Shown: positions 1 through 10,773, counted from the stretch's first letter. The stretch is 64,000 nucleotides of DNA from Candidatus Kaiserbacteria bacterium (GCA_031430855.1 JANPCG010000015.1:641-64640), one strand, 5' to 3'. The notes: generated by a model from the sequence alone, not told the origin. A program made the numbers and translations.

Positions 1-668
1 GTGCCGTCACTACTCCACAGTATGGTAGCTGACTGAAATGGCACGTTGAATATCGTTCGACTAATGCGAGTAGAAGGCATGAGAGATTTTCCGATAATTC
101 CCTCAGTCGAAAGCTCACTAAAGAGAAGTTCATTATTGTATGAAAAAGCAAAATCTTTCATCTGTGGTGCCAGATTGTAGACGATACTCTCTTCTCCTCC
201 GACTAACTCAATCAATACGACTTCATTCTGAGTTCCATACCCAGAGCGAATAGCCACATATTTTCCATTTGGGCTAAATGCGGCCGATTGCGCGTTAACA
301 ATAGTTGTTTTAGAGAGCCGTTCCTCAACTCCGGTCTGTAAATTGATTTGATACACATGTCCGGTACCCGCTTCTGCGTAGCGAACAAATCTAGGTTCAC
401 TTGTTGTCGCTTGGTAATCACGAAATCCAATCACCGGTTTGGTGGTAAGTTGTCGTAGTTTGGTGGTGAGGACATCAACGGTAGTGGGAGGCACCGACTC
501 TTCTGGGGTTTCGATAAATTCACCAGGCGTATCTGAACCTAGGCCACTAAAGTTAGTAAAAACGTCAGTCAGTTGTTTTGGGGTGCCATAAAACAACAAA
601 TATAACCAAATGGTAAACAGAACAACGACCGCTGCAATTCCAATGAGAATAAGGGTTGATTTTTTCAT
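1..668 (-). CDS. Hypothetical membrane-anchored protein, possibly beta-propeller; 3' end runs off the window
   Basis: Hand translation MKKSTLILIGIAAVVVLFTIWLYLLF... is open to the window edge; N-terminal TM helix; AFSPNGKYVA resembles WD40/TolB blades. Confidence 0.75.
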   Translation of the reverse strand, partial: MKKSTLILIGIAAVVVLFTIWLYLLFYGTPKQLTDVFTNFSGLGSDTPGEFIETPEESVPPTTVDVLTTKLRQLTTKPVIGFRDYQATTSEPRFVRYAEAGTGHVYQINLQTGVEERLSKTTIVNAQSAAFSPNGKYVAIRSGYGTQNEVVLIELVGGEESIVYNLAPQMKDFAFSYNNELLFSELSTEGIIGKSLMPSTRISRTIFNVPFQSATILWSSDG

Positions 669-671
669 AGA

Positions 672-1637
672 CTAAAATTGAACACGGAATGACTCCTCGT
701 CACCCTGGAGTAATTCGGATAGATTACGAATCTTGAACCCAACTCGGGCTTCCCCGCCCCCTTCTCGTTGGATATTGATTTCAAAGGGATCTCTTGTTTC
801 GGTGTTGCTTATTTGGCTATTAATTCTCCATTCGGTAAAGAGTGAGCGTGAAATTGAACGGGTGTCTAGGTTATAGGGCACTGCTCTGATGGTGCTACTA
901 TTTCCCACAAGGGTAAGGGAATCACCAATCGCTCGCTCGGAGAGTCCGTAGAGTGTGCTGTTTTCGTAAAAAATAACGTCAACCTCTTGGATTGGAATAG
1001 ATACAACCTTACGACCAACTACCTCCCCACTTTTGCTAGTAATCGTCAGGCCAATTAAGCTGTTGCGCCCGAACGGCACCACGATCTGGGCCCGATTATT
1101 CCCCGCGCGCGGACCACCGTAAATTGACTTACCATTAAGTTGCCAATTGTAGGTATATTCCTGTGGGTTAAACATTCCGTTACTGCCTTGGATTAAGGTC
1201 GTGAGATTTATGATACTTCCATGTACTGGTAAAGCGCGACCGTGGTAAAAAACGGAAGTATAGGTTTGTGGTTCAACTACCAAATCAACGTAAAGGGGTC
1301 GAATGGTAGTTTTGGCCGAAATGGTTGGTTTGTTAGAAAAGACCAAACGCACTTCGACGGTAATAGTTTTTCCAACCGTTGGTGAAATGAGTGAAATGGT
1401 TCGTAAATTTTTAAATGTGGGAGTTTCAATACCGTCCAGGATCCACAGAATAGTAGCGCCACTACTATCGATAGAATAATCATCCAGCTCAATACTAACG
1501 AGCTCGCCAGGGCCCGGAAATTGTGGACTCAGGGTGATATTTACAGCATCTCCGATAAAGCTAGAGTCGAGTTGAGCCGACGCGTTGTTTCCGAGGCAGA
1601 AAAAACCAACCAGTAAAATTAAAACCAATATTCGCAT
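672..1637 (-). CDS. Secreted beta-rich (Ig-like) hypothetical protein
   Basis: Signal peptide MRILVLILLVGFFCLGNNASA; start placed at the ATG 6 nt after TGcTACAAT. Confidence 0.75.
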   Translation of the reverse strand: MRILVLILLVGFFCLGNNASAQLDSSFIGDAVNITLSPQFPGPGELVSIELDDYSIDSSGATILWILDGIETPTFKNLRTISLISPTVGKTITVEVRLVFSNKPTISAKTTIRPLYVDLVVEPQTYTSVFYHGRALPVHGSIINLTTLIQGSNGMFNPQEYTYNWQLNGKSIYGGPRAGNNRAQIVVPFGRNSLIGLTITSKSGEVVGRKVVSIPIQEVDVIFYENSTLYGLSERAIGDSLTLVGNSSTIRAVPYNLDTRSISRSLFTEWRINSQISNTETRDPFEINIQREGGGEARVGFKIRNLSELLQGDEESFRVQF

Positions 1638-1683
1638 TACTCTATTGTAGCAAATGTTTTTTGCCATCATGTCGGTTTTACCG

Positions 1684-2421
1684 CTATTTTGGGTTAATTA
1701 CTACCGCCGCTACCCAGAGTCCTAAGAGCGGCAGCATATTAAGTAAGGGTACAAATGAACTAATTAAAATCAACAAAATGGAAATAATTTTAAATGCCGC
1801 CCCCCGACCGAACCAAGGATGGATAAAACCAATTTTAAATAACACTGTCCCGATGATGATTTGGCAGAAATAAAAAAAACAAATTAAGGCACTAAATATT
1901 AAGTAGACAAACATAAACATATCAACCGTAAAGCCTCCAATCAATTCCACGGTTGCAGCAGCAGCTTCCGCGACAAAGGAACTGTCGACTAACAATTGTG
2001 CTGCGTAGGCGAGACCAAAGAAAACACTCGCGACTACTGCTAACGGGAGCTGGATTGTTAAATACCAAGGAATAGCCCAGGCAGAAATACCGGCGGCAAT
2101 AGGAGTAGCACGGACCCGGGCTAAATTAACTAGTACTGTTTGTTTGAGTCTCTTTAGGCGACTTTTTTTCTCGCGTGGTAGGGGGGATGGAGTGGGGGCA
2201 AAGTTTTCATTAGCTGCCGCTGACGGTTCGTTGTAGCTTTGTGCGATCTCATTTTGGTATTTAACCCGGGGTCGGTTTGGCGTATTTGCTGCTCTCCCCG
2301 GCTGCACATTCCGTTGCATGGTTTGTAGTTGGGCATTCTGGACGCCCCATTGATTTTTGGGGTAATTTTCTGCCTCAAATTGAGACGCAATGTCGGGATG
2401 AAGCGGATTGGAAGCGGCCAT
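1684..2421 (-). CDS. Hypothetical membrane protein (T4SS-like cluster)
   Basis: 245 aa; low-complexity N-terminus, several C-terminal hydrophobic helices. Confidence 0.75.
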   Translation of the reverse strand: MAASNPLHPDIASQFEAENYPKNQWGVQNAQLQTMQRNVQPGRAANTPNRPRVKYQNEIAQSYNEPSAAANENFAPTPSPLPREKKSRLKRLKQTVLVNLARVRATPIAAGISAWAIPWYLTIQLPLAVVASVFFGLAYAAQLLVDSSFVAEAAAATVELIGGFTVDMFMFVYLIFSALICFFYFCQIIIGTVLFKIGFIHPWFGRGAAFKIISILLILISSFVPLLNMLPLLGLWVAAVVINPK

Positions 2422-2436
2422 AACACCCTCAGTATA

Positions 2437-4236
2437 CTACAGCTGAGTGCCCTCTAGTTCACGCCTCGCGTTTTTTATCTGGAGGATTTGTGACGGGTCA
2501 GAGGTGATAATCTGATCCTCGGTATAGGACGCAATGACTTTAATTGCCACGTGTTTTAACCCTACAAAGAATAATCCTTCCCCCACATCGGATTCGAGCA
2601 ATAAGAATTTTTCTTCATCCGTAAGGTTGAAGGTACGTTGAATGTTATCAATCGCGGTTGGTGATTGTTTCATGAGAAATTGAAGAGAAGAGTTGGTAAT
2701 CATTGGTACGCCATAGGGGGAACGAAGAAAGTCATCCACATCTTGGGTAATGGTCGCAATCCCTAAAAAGTACTTCCGTCCTCGTTTAGCGAGACTGAAT
2801 AAAAACGATGCGGTATCTTCTGATTTCATCATCCACCACGCCTCATCAATCACCAGGAGTCGTTTAACGAGACGGCGCCTGATGGCAGACCAAATATAAT
2901 TAGTCACAATAAACATCCCAATAGTTTTGAGTTCATCTTCCATATCGCGCAGTGAAAACACCACAAATTTTTGATTTATATCAACGTTTGTTGGGTGGTT
3001 CATAAACCCAGACCAGGTTCCCGAGGTATATTTCTGTAGCCGACTGATGAGTGACCCACTCCCATTCATACCTGCCAACACCATTTCAAAATCGGATAAC
3101 AAAGGCGGCTCGAGCTCGCTAAAATTACTTTGTTCGGTAATGTCTTTTAGTGCGTAGGTCTCGCGAATTGCTTGATCGACGATCGTTTCCTCTTCGGGAC
3201 TGAGTCCGCCTAACATCAGTCGGAACAACCCAATGAGGTGCACGATTTGTGAGCGAAGGATGTCAGCCGGCTCCTCGTCTTCCCCAGGGGCTGGTAAATC
3301 AAACGGGTTAATGTGGTGTTTTGACGAAAGCGAAATATTAAAGAAACGTCCACCGGTTGCTTCAGCTAGGTATTCATATTCGCGCTCAGGGTCGATCACT
3401 ATCACTTCTGTTCCAAACATTAGGGACCGTAGAATTTCCAACTTAATACTGTATGACTTACCGGCACCAGAGGTCGCAAAGGTAACCGAGTTGTAGTTCG
3501 TGAGACCAAATCGATCAAATAGTACCAAAGATGAGTTGTGGCGGTTAATGCCGTAGAGGATTCCGGTGTCTGAGGTGAGGTCAAATGAGGTAAAGGGAAA
3601 AAAGCTCGAAAGGGGTGAAGAATTAAATTTACTATGGACCATTAATTCATCAGTACCGGTTGGAAAAATACTTCGTACCCCTTGTTCTTGCTGAAACAAA
3701 GCCGGTTTAATATAAATTAACTTAGAGTCAAGTGAACCTTTGATGTCATTTTCGACCTTATTCAAGGCTGTTTCGGTGTCACCATAGACGGCAATATAAA
3801 GCCCTACATCAAATAACTTTTCCTCAGCCTGTTGAAGTTTGTCACGCAGCTCTTCGAGATTGCGGTAGGCTGCTTCGAGCTGCGGGTCACGCACTTCCCC
3901 ACGATTGGCACGGATGTTAATTTGACTCTGTACCTCGGCTACTTTTTTTTGGAATTTTTTTAGGGTTTCTGCCGTACTGATAGGGTGAATTACAATCGTG
4001 ACATCAAGTTCCTTCTCGAGGTTAAGAATTGGTTCAAGCCACCCATCATTTAAATAGCGCGGGTAGGACACTGCGTAGAACACACGAGCTTGCGTTCCGC
4101 TAATGTTAATACTCCGGGGATTGATATTAATTGCTGACGGTGCAATCACATCAGTCAAGGTCAAGAGACTTTCACTAATCGCGTCCTGGCTCGGAGTTGT
4201 TTTAGGTTTAGGTTTTAAGTTGTCGAATAATCCCAT
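2437..4236 (-). CDS. virB4: VirB4/TraC-family type IV secretion ATPase
   Basis: Walker A ATSGAGKS, VIDPEREY, Walker B LLVIDEAW, RGRKY...ITQ motifs. Confidence 0.88.
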   Translation of the reverse strand: MGLFDNLKPKPKTTPSQDAISESLLTLTDVIAPSAININPRSINISGTQARVFYAVSYPRYLNDGWLEPILNLEKELDVTIVIHPISTAETLKKFQKKVAEVQSQINIRANRGEVRDPQLEAAYRNLEELRDKLQQAEEKLFDVGLYIAVYGDTETALNKVENDIKGSLDSKLIYIKPALFQQEQGVRSIFPTGTDELMVHSKFNSSPLSSFFPFTSFDLTSDTGILYGINRHNSSLVLFDRFGLTNYNSVTFATSGAGKSYSIKLEILRSLMFGTEVIVIDPEREYEYLAEATGGRFFNISLSSKHHINPFDLPAPGEDEEPADILRSQIVHLIGLFRLMLGGLSPEEETIVDQAIRETYALKDITEQSNFSELEPPLLSDFEMVLAGMNGSGSLISRLQKYTSGTWSGFMNHPTNVDINQKFVVFSLRDMEDELKTIGMFIVTNYIWSAIRRRLVKRLLVIDEAWWMMKSEDTASFLFSLAKRGRKYFLGIATITQDVDDFLRSPYGVPMITNSSLQFLMKQSPTAIDNIQRTFNLTDEEKFLLLESDVGEGLFFVGLKHVAIKVIASYTEDQIITSDPSQILQIKNARRELEGTQL

Positions 4237-4242
4237 GTTGTT

Positions 4243-4872
4243 CTATTGTATCGTAGGTGCGCTCCCGGTGATATCACCCGGATTGTATATGTGGTAAAAG
4301 AGTTCAACTAATTCATCGGTCTGGAGTGCAATCGTGCGGACTCCGATTCGGTTGAGTCCCTGTTCAACAATTGCTTGGCGTTGCTCGAGCTGGAGGCGCT
4401 GCTCTTCGATGGTCATATCATTTTGGATACTCATGCGGCCTTGAGAAATGATACTCCCAAAGCTTTTCGTGAGGTTTACCTTGGCGGCTGTGTAGGGAAC
4501 CACAACAAAAAAGTTTTTACTCATCACATCCACATCAGCCACAAAAGAGCGAATAAACTCAATGTATTCACGCAGCTGGATTCGCATTAAGTCGTTATCT
4601 TGATCGACGTTTCGCTCGTTAAGCATCGCTAAATACGGCTCAATATTAAGACGTCTTGATTGGACGTAAATCTGCAGTGAGAAATCAAGCGTGTTGAGGA
4701 AGTTTTGAAACTGAAACAGAATGGCTCGTTGTTCATCTTGAGATTTGAGCGCAAAGTTAACCGAAGAAGCTAAAAGAATCTTGCACAACTGACCACTTTT
4801 CAGTATGACAATATCATCGCGAATATCACGAATGGCAACAAATTCTTGGGTGGCTGCATTAGGGGTTGGCAT
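4243..4872 (-). CDS. TraC/VirB4 N-terminal-like T4SS accessory protein
   Basis: SSVNFALKSxDEQ..FQNFLNTLDF and LVELFYHIYNP motifs; lies between prgI and virB4. Confidence 0.65.
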   Translation of the reverse strand: MPTPNAATQEFVAIRDIRDDIVILKSGQLCKILLASSVNFALKSQDEQRAILFQFQNFLNTLDFSLQIYVQSRRLNIEPYLAMLNERNVDQDNDLMRIQLREYIEFIRSFVADVDVMSKNFFVVVPYTAAKVNLTKSFGSIISQGRMSIQNDMTIEEQRLQLEQRQAIVEQGLNRIGVRTIALQTDELVELFYHIYNPGDITGSAPTIQ

Positions 4873-4875
4873 AGA

Positions 4876-5292
4876 TTATTTTTTTTGAAGAGCTTGCAAT
4901 TCGAGACGCCTGGCGAGCGAGGTGATATCTTTTTTTGGACTACTCGCGGCGGGTATATAGCCAGGATTACGAATGGTTGTCGTGGGTAAGAAGCTTTGCT
5001 TGTGAATTATTTCTCGTTGTTGCTGCCAGAGATAGAGACGGTGTCGCCTAAAGTAATTATAAATAGCTTCTATAAAGTACGAAAAAGGTCGATTGTTGAT
5101 AGGGTAAAAAGAGAGCGCTCCCGCGAGAATTCCAAGTGGCAATCCAATGAGTATAAACACAATAAACGGAGCGGTGAGAAACAGTACGACCGCCATTCCG
5201 GCTCCCCCACCGAGATAGAGAAATTGCCGCCAAGTAAACGGGCCAAAAATTTTATCTTCAATTTCGATGAACTGCGGCACTTCAAATTGCAT
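4876..5292 (-). CDS. PrgI family protein (VirB3-like)
   Basis: MQFEVPQFIEIEDKIFGPFTWRQF followed by two TM helices. Confidence 0.82.
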   Translation of the reverse strand: MQFEVPQFIEIEDKIFGPFTWRQFLYLGGGAGMAVVLFLTAPFIVFILIGLPLGILAGALSFYPINNRPFSYFIEAIYNYFRRHRLYLWQQQREIIHKQSFLPTTTIRNPGYIPAASSPKKDITSLARRLELQALQKK

Positions 5293-5356
5293 ACCCGTAT
5301 TATACACGCACGAGGCAGTGTGACGAGAGCACTATCCCAAAATGTATTTCAGTTTA

Positions 5357-6037
5357 TTAGGCGCCCCAGCGTGGTGTTTCAATTGATGTCGCAGGCGGTG
5401 TCGTTGGTTTGGCGTCAGGGGTAGAGGTGTATGCCGGCAGGTCAGAGAGTGGGGTGCGCACTGGCGGTTGCTCCGAGGTATAGACCGGTGTTTCAACGTC
5501 AGCGATTGGTTCATAACTGGTTCGCTCTGGTGACCGCGCCATATCACTCGCCATAGTACGGATTTCAGGCATATGCGGTACTTCTTCAGTCGGAATGGGT
5601 GTAGCGCCGGTGACGGGAATACTCACGCTTGATGGTGGAATATAGAAGGTTGCACTAGAATGAGTGCTGGGGGCAGGTATAGGTGTAGACACTATGGTTT
5701 CTTCGGTTTCCGCATCTTCCTCTTCTGGTACAACAAAAGTTGGGTCAGAGAGTGGCGCCAAGAACTCGAGCACATCTGCCCCTAGTAATCCCGCGGTCGT
5801 CGCGTCTAGCCCAAGCTCTTGTTGGAGGAGTGGGACGGTGTCTTCAGTTCGGTAGAAGCCGAGGATGATGTCCCCCAGAGTTAATATTAAATCTACGTAT
5901 ATTTTTTCAAGGTGGTATTTTGTACTCATCATGATGCTAAGCTCAACAAGTCTTTTGTTGTAAAAGAACTGAATTTTTTCTGAAGACTGTTCGAGCACCT
6001 GTAGTCTTGAGTTGTGAGTTGTGTAGTTATGGTCCAT
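5357..6037 (-). CDS. Hypothetical protein with Pro/Thr-rich C-terminal half
   Basis: 226-aa ORF overlapping the end of the upstream gene. Confidence 0.7.
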   Translation of the reverse strand: MDHNYTTHNSRLQVLEQSSEKIQFFYNKRLVELSIMMSTKYHLEKIYVDLILTLGDIILGFYRTEDTVPLLQQELGLDATTAGLLGADVLEFLAPLSDPTFVVPEEEDAETEETIVSTPIPAPSTHSSATFYIPPSSVSIPVTGATPIPTEEVPHMPEIRTMASDMARSPERTSYEPIADVETPVYTSEQPPVRTPLSDLPAYTSTPDAKPTTPPATSIETPRWGA

Positions 6038-8327
6038 ATTTCTTTTTTCCTTCTTCGCTTCTGAAGTACGCTAATACACCTGGCTGAATTCCCCACCGAG
6101 CTGCATTAAATTCAAACACCTGACGAAGTTGAAATCGCTGCGCTTGATCAAGCGTCCCTTCTTTTGCGATTTCTTCAAGTATACCAGAGGATATTTTTGG
6201 ATATGCGGAAGAGTATGAAGCGTCGAGGAAAACCTCTTTCGGTAGTTGGATAAATTCCTTAGGCTTTTTGGCAAGCTCTGTAAGTATTGCGTCCGCACCA
6301 CCTCCAGGACTCTGAATAAGATCCAATATACGAGATTTCTTGTTTTGTTTAATTGAGTCATTAAGTTCAGGGGTGGTTTTCTTAGAATTCTTTGTCCAGT
6401 CATCCAACTGAGTAGCTGATAGTAAATGGCTGTTGGTGGATACCCATTCAACCCCAAGTGTGTCGAGCTCGTCTCGTGTGAGCTTTGAGGTTTTGCTTGG
6501 TGAAGGGGTTGCAATGCCTCCAATTTTATTACCAACGGCAGTTTTTCTTGCGCCAGCAATACCACCCTTTTCACTGGAAGAGATCTTTTCGCTGTCCATT
6601 AGTTTTGAGGTTTGATCAGTAGTAAAGGAAGAAGCGTATTTTGCTCGTGTTTTAGAATCAAGATCTTCGATATCACTTTTTGAAAGACCTGTAATGTATT
6701 GTTTGGCTTTAGCCTCTTCTCCCTCCAGTGATACGAGTTTACTTCTATCGTCTGCTGACATACCAGCGTATGTTGCTGGATTAGCGGCAAGAGAACGGAG
6801 ACGTTCCAATTCAGGTCGATTTTTATCGGTATCTTTGACTGCAGCCCGGCCTTTCTTGGTGTCCTTAATTCCCTGCATTCTTGAACGGTTTTTTGTTACG
6901 TCAGCCTTTTCTGATTCGATTTCACTACGTGTTTTAGCTAGACCGGTTCCGCCGGCGCCGTACTCGTAACCAGACTTAAGTCCGTTACGTAAAGATCGAG
7001 TTCCCGGCAAATTTGACATGCCAGTTCGGTCCATTATGTTCAGACCAAGCTTTGATGCTCTTCCGCCTGTGTTTCTGTAGAGAACACCTTGGGTATTTTT
7101 ACGCAACGTATTTCCCATCGAAATTGCCGTTGAGGCACCAACTGCTCCCATACTACGCGCAACAGACAGTGACATAACCAAGAACACCATTGCCATAATA
7201 AAGAACGGCAAAACAGCCAGCGCACTCTGACTGGTCGCCGGGTCGGGAGAAAACATCGCGGCGTAACTTTGTGCCCCTGGGCGAGTACTGTAGGCGTAAA
7301 GGACGCGGAACGAAAGGTACAACATCAGTAAATAGGCAGGAGCAAAAAATGCTTGTTTAAGAAATCCAGTCCAAAACTTACTCGAAGTCCCGGAGAAGGC
7401 AGGAAACACCCACCCGAGGAACATAACCGGTGAAAACACCATATAGACATTAAGCGCAATAAATCGAATGATAAGTAAGATACCCCCTGCAGCAAACACA
7501 AAAGTGGCAGTTGCAAGGAATATCATTAAACCGAATATATACGCTAATGCCCCACCATTCCCAAATGCCGTTATCTGGCCTTGAGAAATCTCGAGGGTTG
7601 TCTCAAGGTTAAGAATGTTTATGAAGGCATTTGCAATGTCACCGCGCGCTTCACCAAAACCGTCAGCGATTACCGATGATGCCACGTGGGAGAGATCAAT
7701 GATAAATTTGGTAATAAAAAGACTAAAATTTACCAAGAGGGCCGCTCCGATTAAAGACACGAGCATGCTGCGTGCGCGTGAGTCACTCGAATCAAGAATC
7801 ATCTTAAAGCCTATGTATACTAACCCAAAGATAAAGGTGAGGTTAAAGAGGTCTCGAATGATTCGCCACACTTCTTCTACTGCAAAGCCAATCCCGTCAT
7901 TGTAGTAGCGGTCACCAAACCCGAGAAGGAAAGAATTAATACCAAATGTCATCAAATATCCAGCAAAGGAAAAGAGTGTTGTAAACACTGAGTAGACGAA
8001 TTCATAGAGCCATTGGTAGAGTGGGTTGGCAAACTGAACGGTTGGTACTTCAGTGGTTTGGGTCTGAGTTTCTTCGGGTGCAGCCGCGCCCCCGCCAGTA
8101 GTGCCGCCGCCATAGGTGCCAGTTACGGGGTCATATGTTGGAGCAAAGCCGGGTCGGTTAAATTGATCAGAATAGAAACCGCGATCAATAGGGTCTGTCA
8201 CTACCGGCGGTCTCGGACCAAGGTCTCCGGCGTAAGCAGTTTGACTTATAAGAAGAAATCCAAACAGTAACAAACTACCGATCAGTATCGCTATAAAGCT
8301 CTGCATTTTTGTTACCTGTCTAATCAT
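6027..8327 (-). CDS. VirB6/TrbL-like polytopic membrane protein with basic C-terminal tail
   Basis: WRIIRDLFN...ALLVNFSLFITKFIIDL...RFIALNVYMVFSPV pattern, about 8 TM helices, T4SS context. Confidence 0.65.
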   Translation of the reverse strand: MIRQVTKMQSFIAILIGSLLLFGFLLISQTAYAGDLGPRPPVVTDPIDRGFYSDQFNRPGFAPTYDPVTGTYGGGTTGGGAAAPEETQTQTTEVPTVQFANPLYQWLYEFVYSVFTTLFSFAGYLMTFGINSFLLGFGDRYYNDGIGFAVEEVWRIIRDLFNLTFIFGLVYIGFKMILDSSDSRARSMLVSLIGAALLVNFSLFITKFIIDLSHVASSVIADGFGEARGDIANAFINILNLETTLEISQGQITAFGNGGALAYIFGLMIFLATATFVFAAGGILLIIRFIALNVYMVFSPVMFLGWVFPAFSGTSSKFWTGFLKQAFFAPAYLLMLYLSFRVLYAYSTRPGAQSYAAMFSPDPATSQSALAVLPFFIMAMVFLVMSLSVARSMGAVGASTAISMGNTLRKNTQGVLYRNTGGRASKLGLNIMDRTGMSNLPGTRSLRNGLKSGYEYGAGGTGLAKTRSEIESEKADVTKNRSRMQGIKDTKKGRAAVKDTDKNRPELERLRSLAANPATYAGMSADDRSKLVSLEGEEAKAKQYITGLSKSDIEDLDSKTRAKYASSFTTDQTSKLMDSEKISSSEKGGIAGARKTAVGNKIGGIATPSPSKTSKLTRDELDTLGVEWVSTNSHLLSATQLDDWTKNSKKTTPELNDSIKQNKKSRILDLIQSPGGGADAILTELAKKPKEFIQLPKEVFLDASYSSAYPKISSGILEEIAKEGTLDQAQRFQLRQVFEFNAARWGIQPGVLAYFRSEEGKKKYGP

Positions 8328-8387
8328 TTCGTTTTTACTCCAATCTCTCCGTTATTCTAACACCCCTCCCTTAATTCCGTGCAGAAA

Positions 8388-9863
8388 TTATGGGAGTATA
8401 CGACGCCACTCATTCACTCGCTGGGAAATTTCACTCGCTGAGGTAAGGGTGCCATTGGCAGTGAGGTCAATAAAATCAACTGCGACGTCCTGCCTAATCG
8501 CTCCAACCGGCTGCTGAGTCGTGGCGGTAGAACTTGCCGTGTCGTGACGGGTAATCATGGTGGTGAGGGTGGTTACATTGGTTTGTACGCCAACTCGAAT
8601 CGTAGTGGCGCTACTAATGAGGCTCACCAATTGGGAACTTGGTGGTGTAGTGTCAGAAGAGACGGTAGAGGTGCCGGCCGGCAGACTGGCTCCGGTAGGG
8701 CTCAAACCACGAGACCTCAGTTCAGCAGTAGCTCGAGCAATGTAGTTGTCAATAATGGCCAAGAAATTTTGTTCATTTTGGAGAGCGGTATTTATCTGAG
8801 TCCTAATCGTTGAGGTGTCAATAAAAATCCTATCGTTTTCTTCGCGAGCAGCATCTATATATGAACTGGTACCATTACTACCAAAACTATTATCCGCATA
8901 CGCTGAGTTTCCACCCAAGCCTAAGAGTCCGTTAATACCACGCATCGCCTGGAGCGTGAGTTGACTAATCAGGGCACCAATAATTTCATTAATTTCGTCT
9001 GCTTCAATTAAGGTTCGCTGTCCGGTTGAGAGCTGGAATGTTAAGGCTTCACTAATTACCTTGCCCGGTGTGGTTATTTTACAATTAGCTCCTTTTCCAG
9101 CCGGTTTACCTTCAATGGCTTCACAAACACGTTTTGAGAGGAAACCATCACTCCAGCTCGCTATTTCAATTTCTTGACCAGCTTCATTTTTGAGTCGAAT
9201 GTCGAGTTTTGCTTCAGCTTCTAGGTAAGCTCCATACGGGGTGTTTTGGGGGTTGCTACTCATTTCAAGCCATTCTTCCCAACCCCCATTACTGACGCCG
9301 CTCAAGAAACCCTCGATATTGTTTTGAATATCGGAAAGTCGACAAGCCGGTGCTGTTGGTCCAGACGGCATGCCGCTCCGCGCCTGCTGGTAGTTAATTG
9401 CCAAAGCGGCCTGGACATCAAGTCGGAATGGTGAACAAATAAATTCACCAATTCCTCCCAGACTACGAATATATTCACCGGCGGCAGTATCAAGTGCATC
9501 AAGTAAAAAACCATTTAAGTCTGTAATAAACGCTGGGCTACCTTGAAATCCAGAGTTAATCCAGTTAACGAGACTCTGGGTCATTTGACTCATAATTTGT
9601 TTGGCAATGGCCCAACCAATTCCATCAAGGAGCTCTTTATTTAAAAGACCGGCCGTAGACACCGCTGTGATACCGGTATTAGCAGCAGTGAGCGTGTTTT
9701 GTACCGCTGAAACAGCTAATTCTGCCTGTTGGGTAATCTGCATTCCTAATGTAGCGTTTCCTCCAGCGGCACGGGTATAAGGAGTTGTTGCAGTAGTGAT
9801 AGTAACTACGAGCACTACCGCAAGGAAGCTCGTACCAAATTTTTGTAGTAAAGAACGTGTCAT
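8388..9863 (-). CDS. Secreted helical hypothetical protein (T4SS-like cluster)
   Basis: Signal peptide; LDGIGWAIAK..VNWINSGFQGSPAF and paired Cys residues. Confidence 0.72.
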   Translation of the reverse strand: MTRSLLQKFGTSFLAVVLVVTITTATTPYTRAAGGNATLGMQITQQAELAVSAVQNTLTAANTGITAVSTAGLLNKELLDGIGWAIAKQIMSQMTQSLVNWINSGFQGSPAFITDLNGFLLDALDTAAGEYIRSLGGIGEFICSPFRLDVQAALAINYQQARSGMPSGPTAPACRLSDIQNNIEGFLSGVSNGGWEEWLEMSSNPQNTPYGAYLEAEAKLDIRLKNEAGQEIEIASWSDGFLSKRVCEAIEGKPAGKGANCKITTPGKVISEALTFQLSTGQRTLIEADEINEIIGALISQLTLQAMRGINGLLGLGGNSAYADNSFGSNGTSSYIDAAREENDRIFIDTSTIRTQINTALQNEQNFLAIIDNYIARATAELRSRGLSPTGASLPAGTSTVSSDTTPPSSQLVSLISSATTIRVGVQTNVTTLTTMITRHDTASSTATTQQPVGAIRQDVAVDFIDLTANGTLTSASEISQRVNEWRRILP

Positions 9864-9873
9864 AATAATTATG

Positions 9874-10773
9874 TTATTGCGGACTAAAGGCAACAAATAC
9901 ATATACCGGATCGTTTTGATTAAACACTTTGACATGTGGAATGAGTACGTTGTATATATTTTGAAGAGCAAAGGCGAGGCCGGTGGCGTCGTCCTGATAA
10001 CGCTTCACGCGCAACAAGGAAACCACCGGATCTTTAAAGGCAAGTTTTAATCCATCTAAACTTGCAAACATAGCTTGATATACATTAATGAGATCGAGGT
10101 GCTGCTTCTCAAAACCGCGTGGTACGGGGGTAGCAAGTGCGTCATCGCGCAGGGCTTTGTACATGGCAATTAGTGGTTCAAGTTTCTCTAATTCAGCGGG
10201 GTTTTCGGTCTTCATCGCGCGATCAATAATCACCAGCTCTCCTTCTGAATTAGGAACATTCCGCGCTGAGAGGCTACTGCCGAGACTGTTCCCCCAGGCG
10301 CGAATTGCTTCCGGGGTGTTTTCTACAACAGTAATCATACTTCCATTATAGATAGTGTCACGAATGACGGTATTTCTGAGGATGTCGGTCGTTTCGGCAA
10401 CGACTTGTTCCGGAGTAGGTCCCACATTCCCCCGCCCTTTTGCCCTTAGGACGGATTGAAAGAGTTGAATACTCATTTGATCAGTAACCGTATTTGGCAC
10501 TTCGTAGACTGATGCGCTTTGGGGCTCAATATCAATTTGGAGTGGTGTTTGGGGGGCAAATTCTTCTTGCCAATCCTCAATTCCGTTTTGATCGCTGTCA
10601 ACCACTTCAATGAATGAACGCTCAGGTGCTGTGGCGGCAACGGTATACACCGATGGGTCTGCTGTTGGTGGAGTGAGGGTCGTCGGTCGAGTTAGGCTAC
10701 TGATAGTATATGAACCACCAACGAGCGCCAAACCAACCACAAACGCGCCGAGAATTTTTGGGTTAGGTTGCAT
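9874..10773 (-). CDS. Membrane-anchored hypothetical protein
   Basis: N-terminal TM; DSDQNGIEDWQE Ca-binding-like motif. Confidence 0.72.
   Translation of the reverse strand: MQPNPKILGAFVVGLALVGGSYTISSLTRPTTLTPPTADPSVYTVAATAPERSFIEVVDSDQNGIEDWQEEFAPQTPLQIDIEPQSASVYEVPNTVTDQMSIQLFQSVLRAKGRGNVGPTPEQVVAETTDILRNTVIRDTIYNGSMITVVENTPEAIRAWGNSLGSSLSARNVPNSEGELVIIDRAMKTENPAELEKLEPLIAMYKALRDDALATPVPRGFEKQHLDLINVYQAMFASLDGLKLAFKDPVVSLLRVKRYQDDATGLAFALQNIYNVLIPHVKVFNQNDPVYVFVAFSPQ

Noticed and set aside
1-10773. Integrative conjugative element or prophage
   Set aside because: No integrase, relaxase, att or phage structural genes visible; contiguous with housekeeping genes
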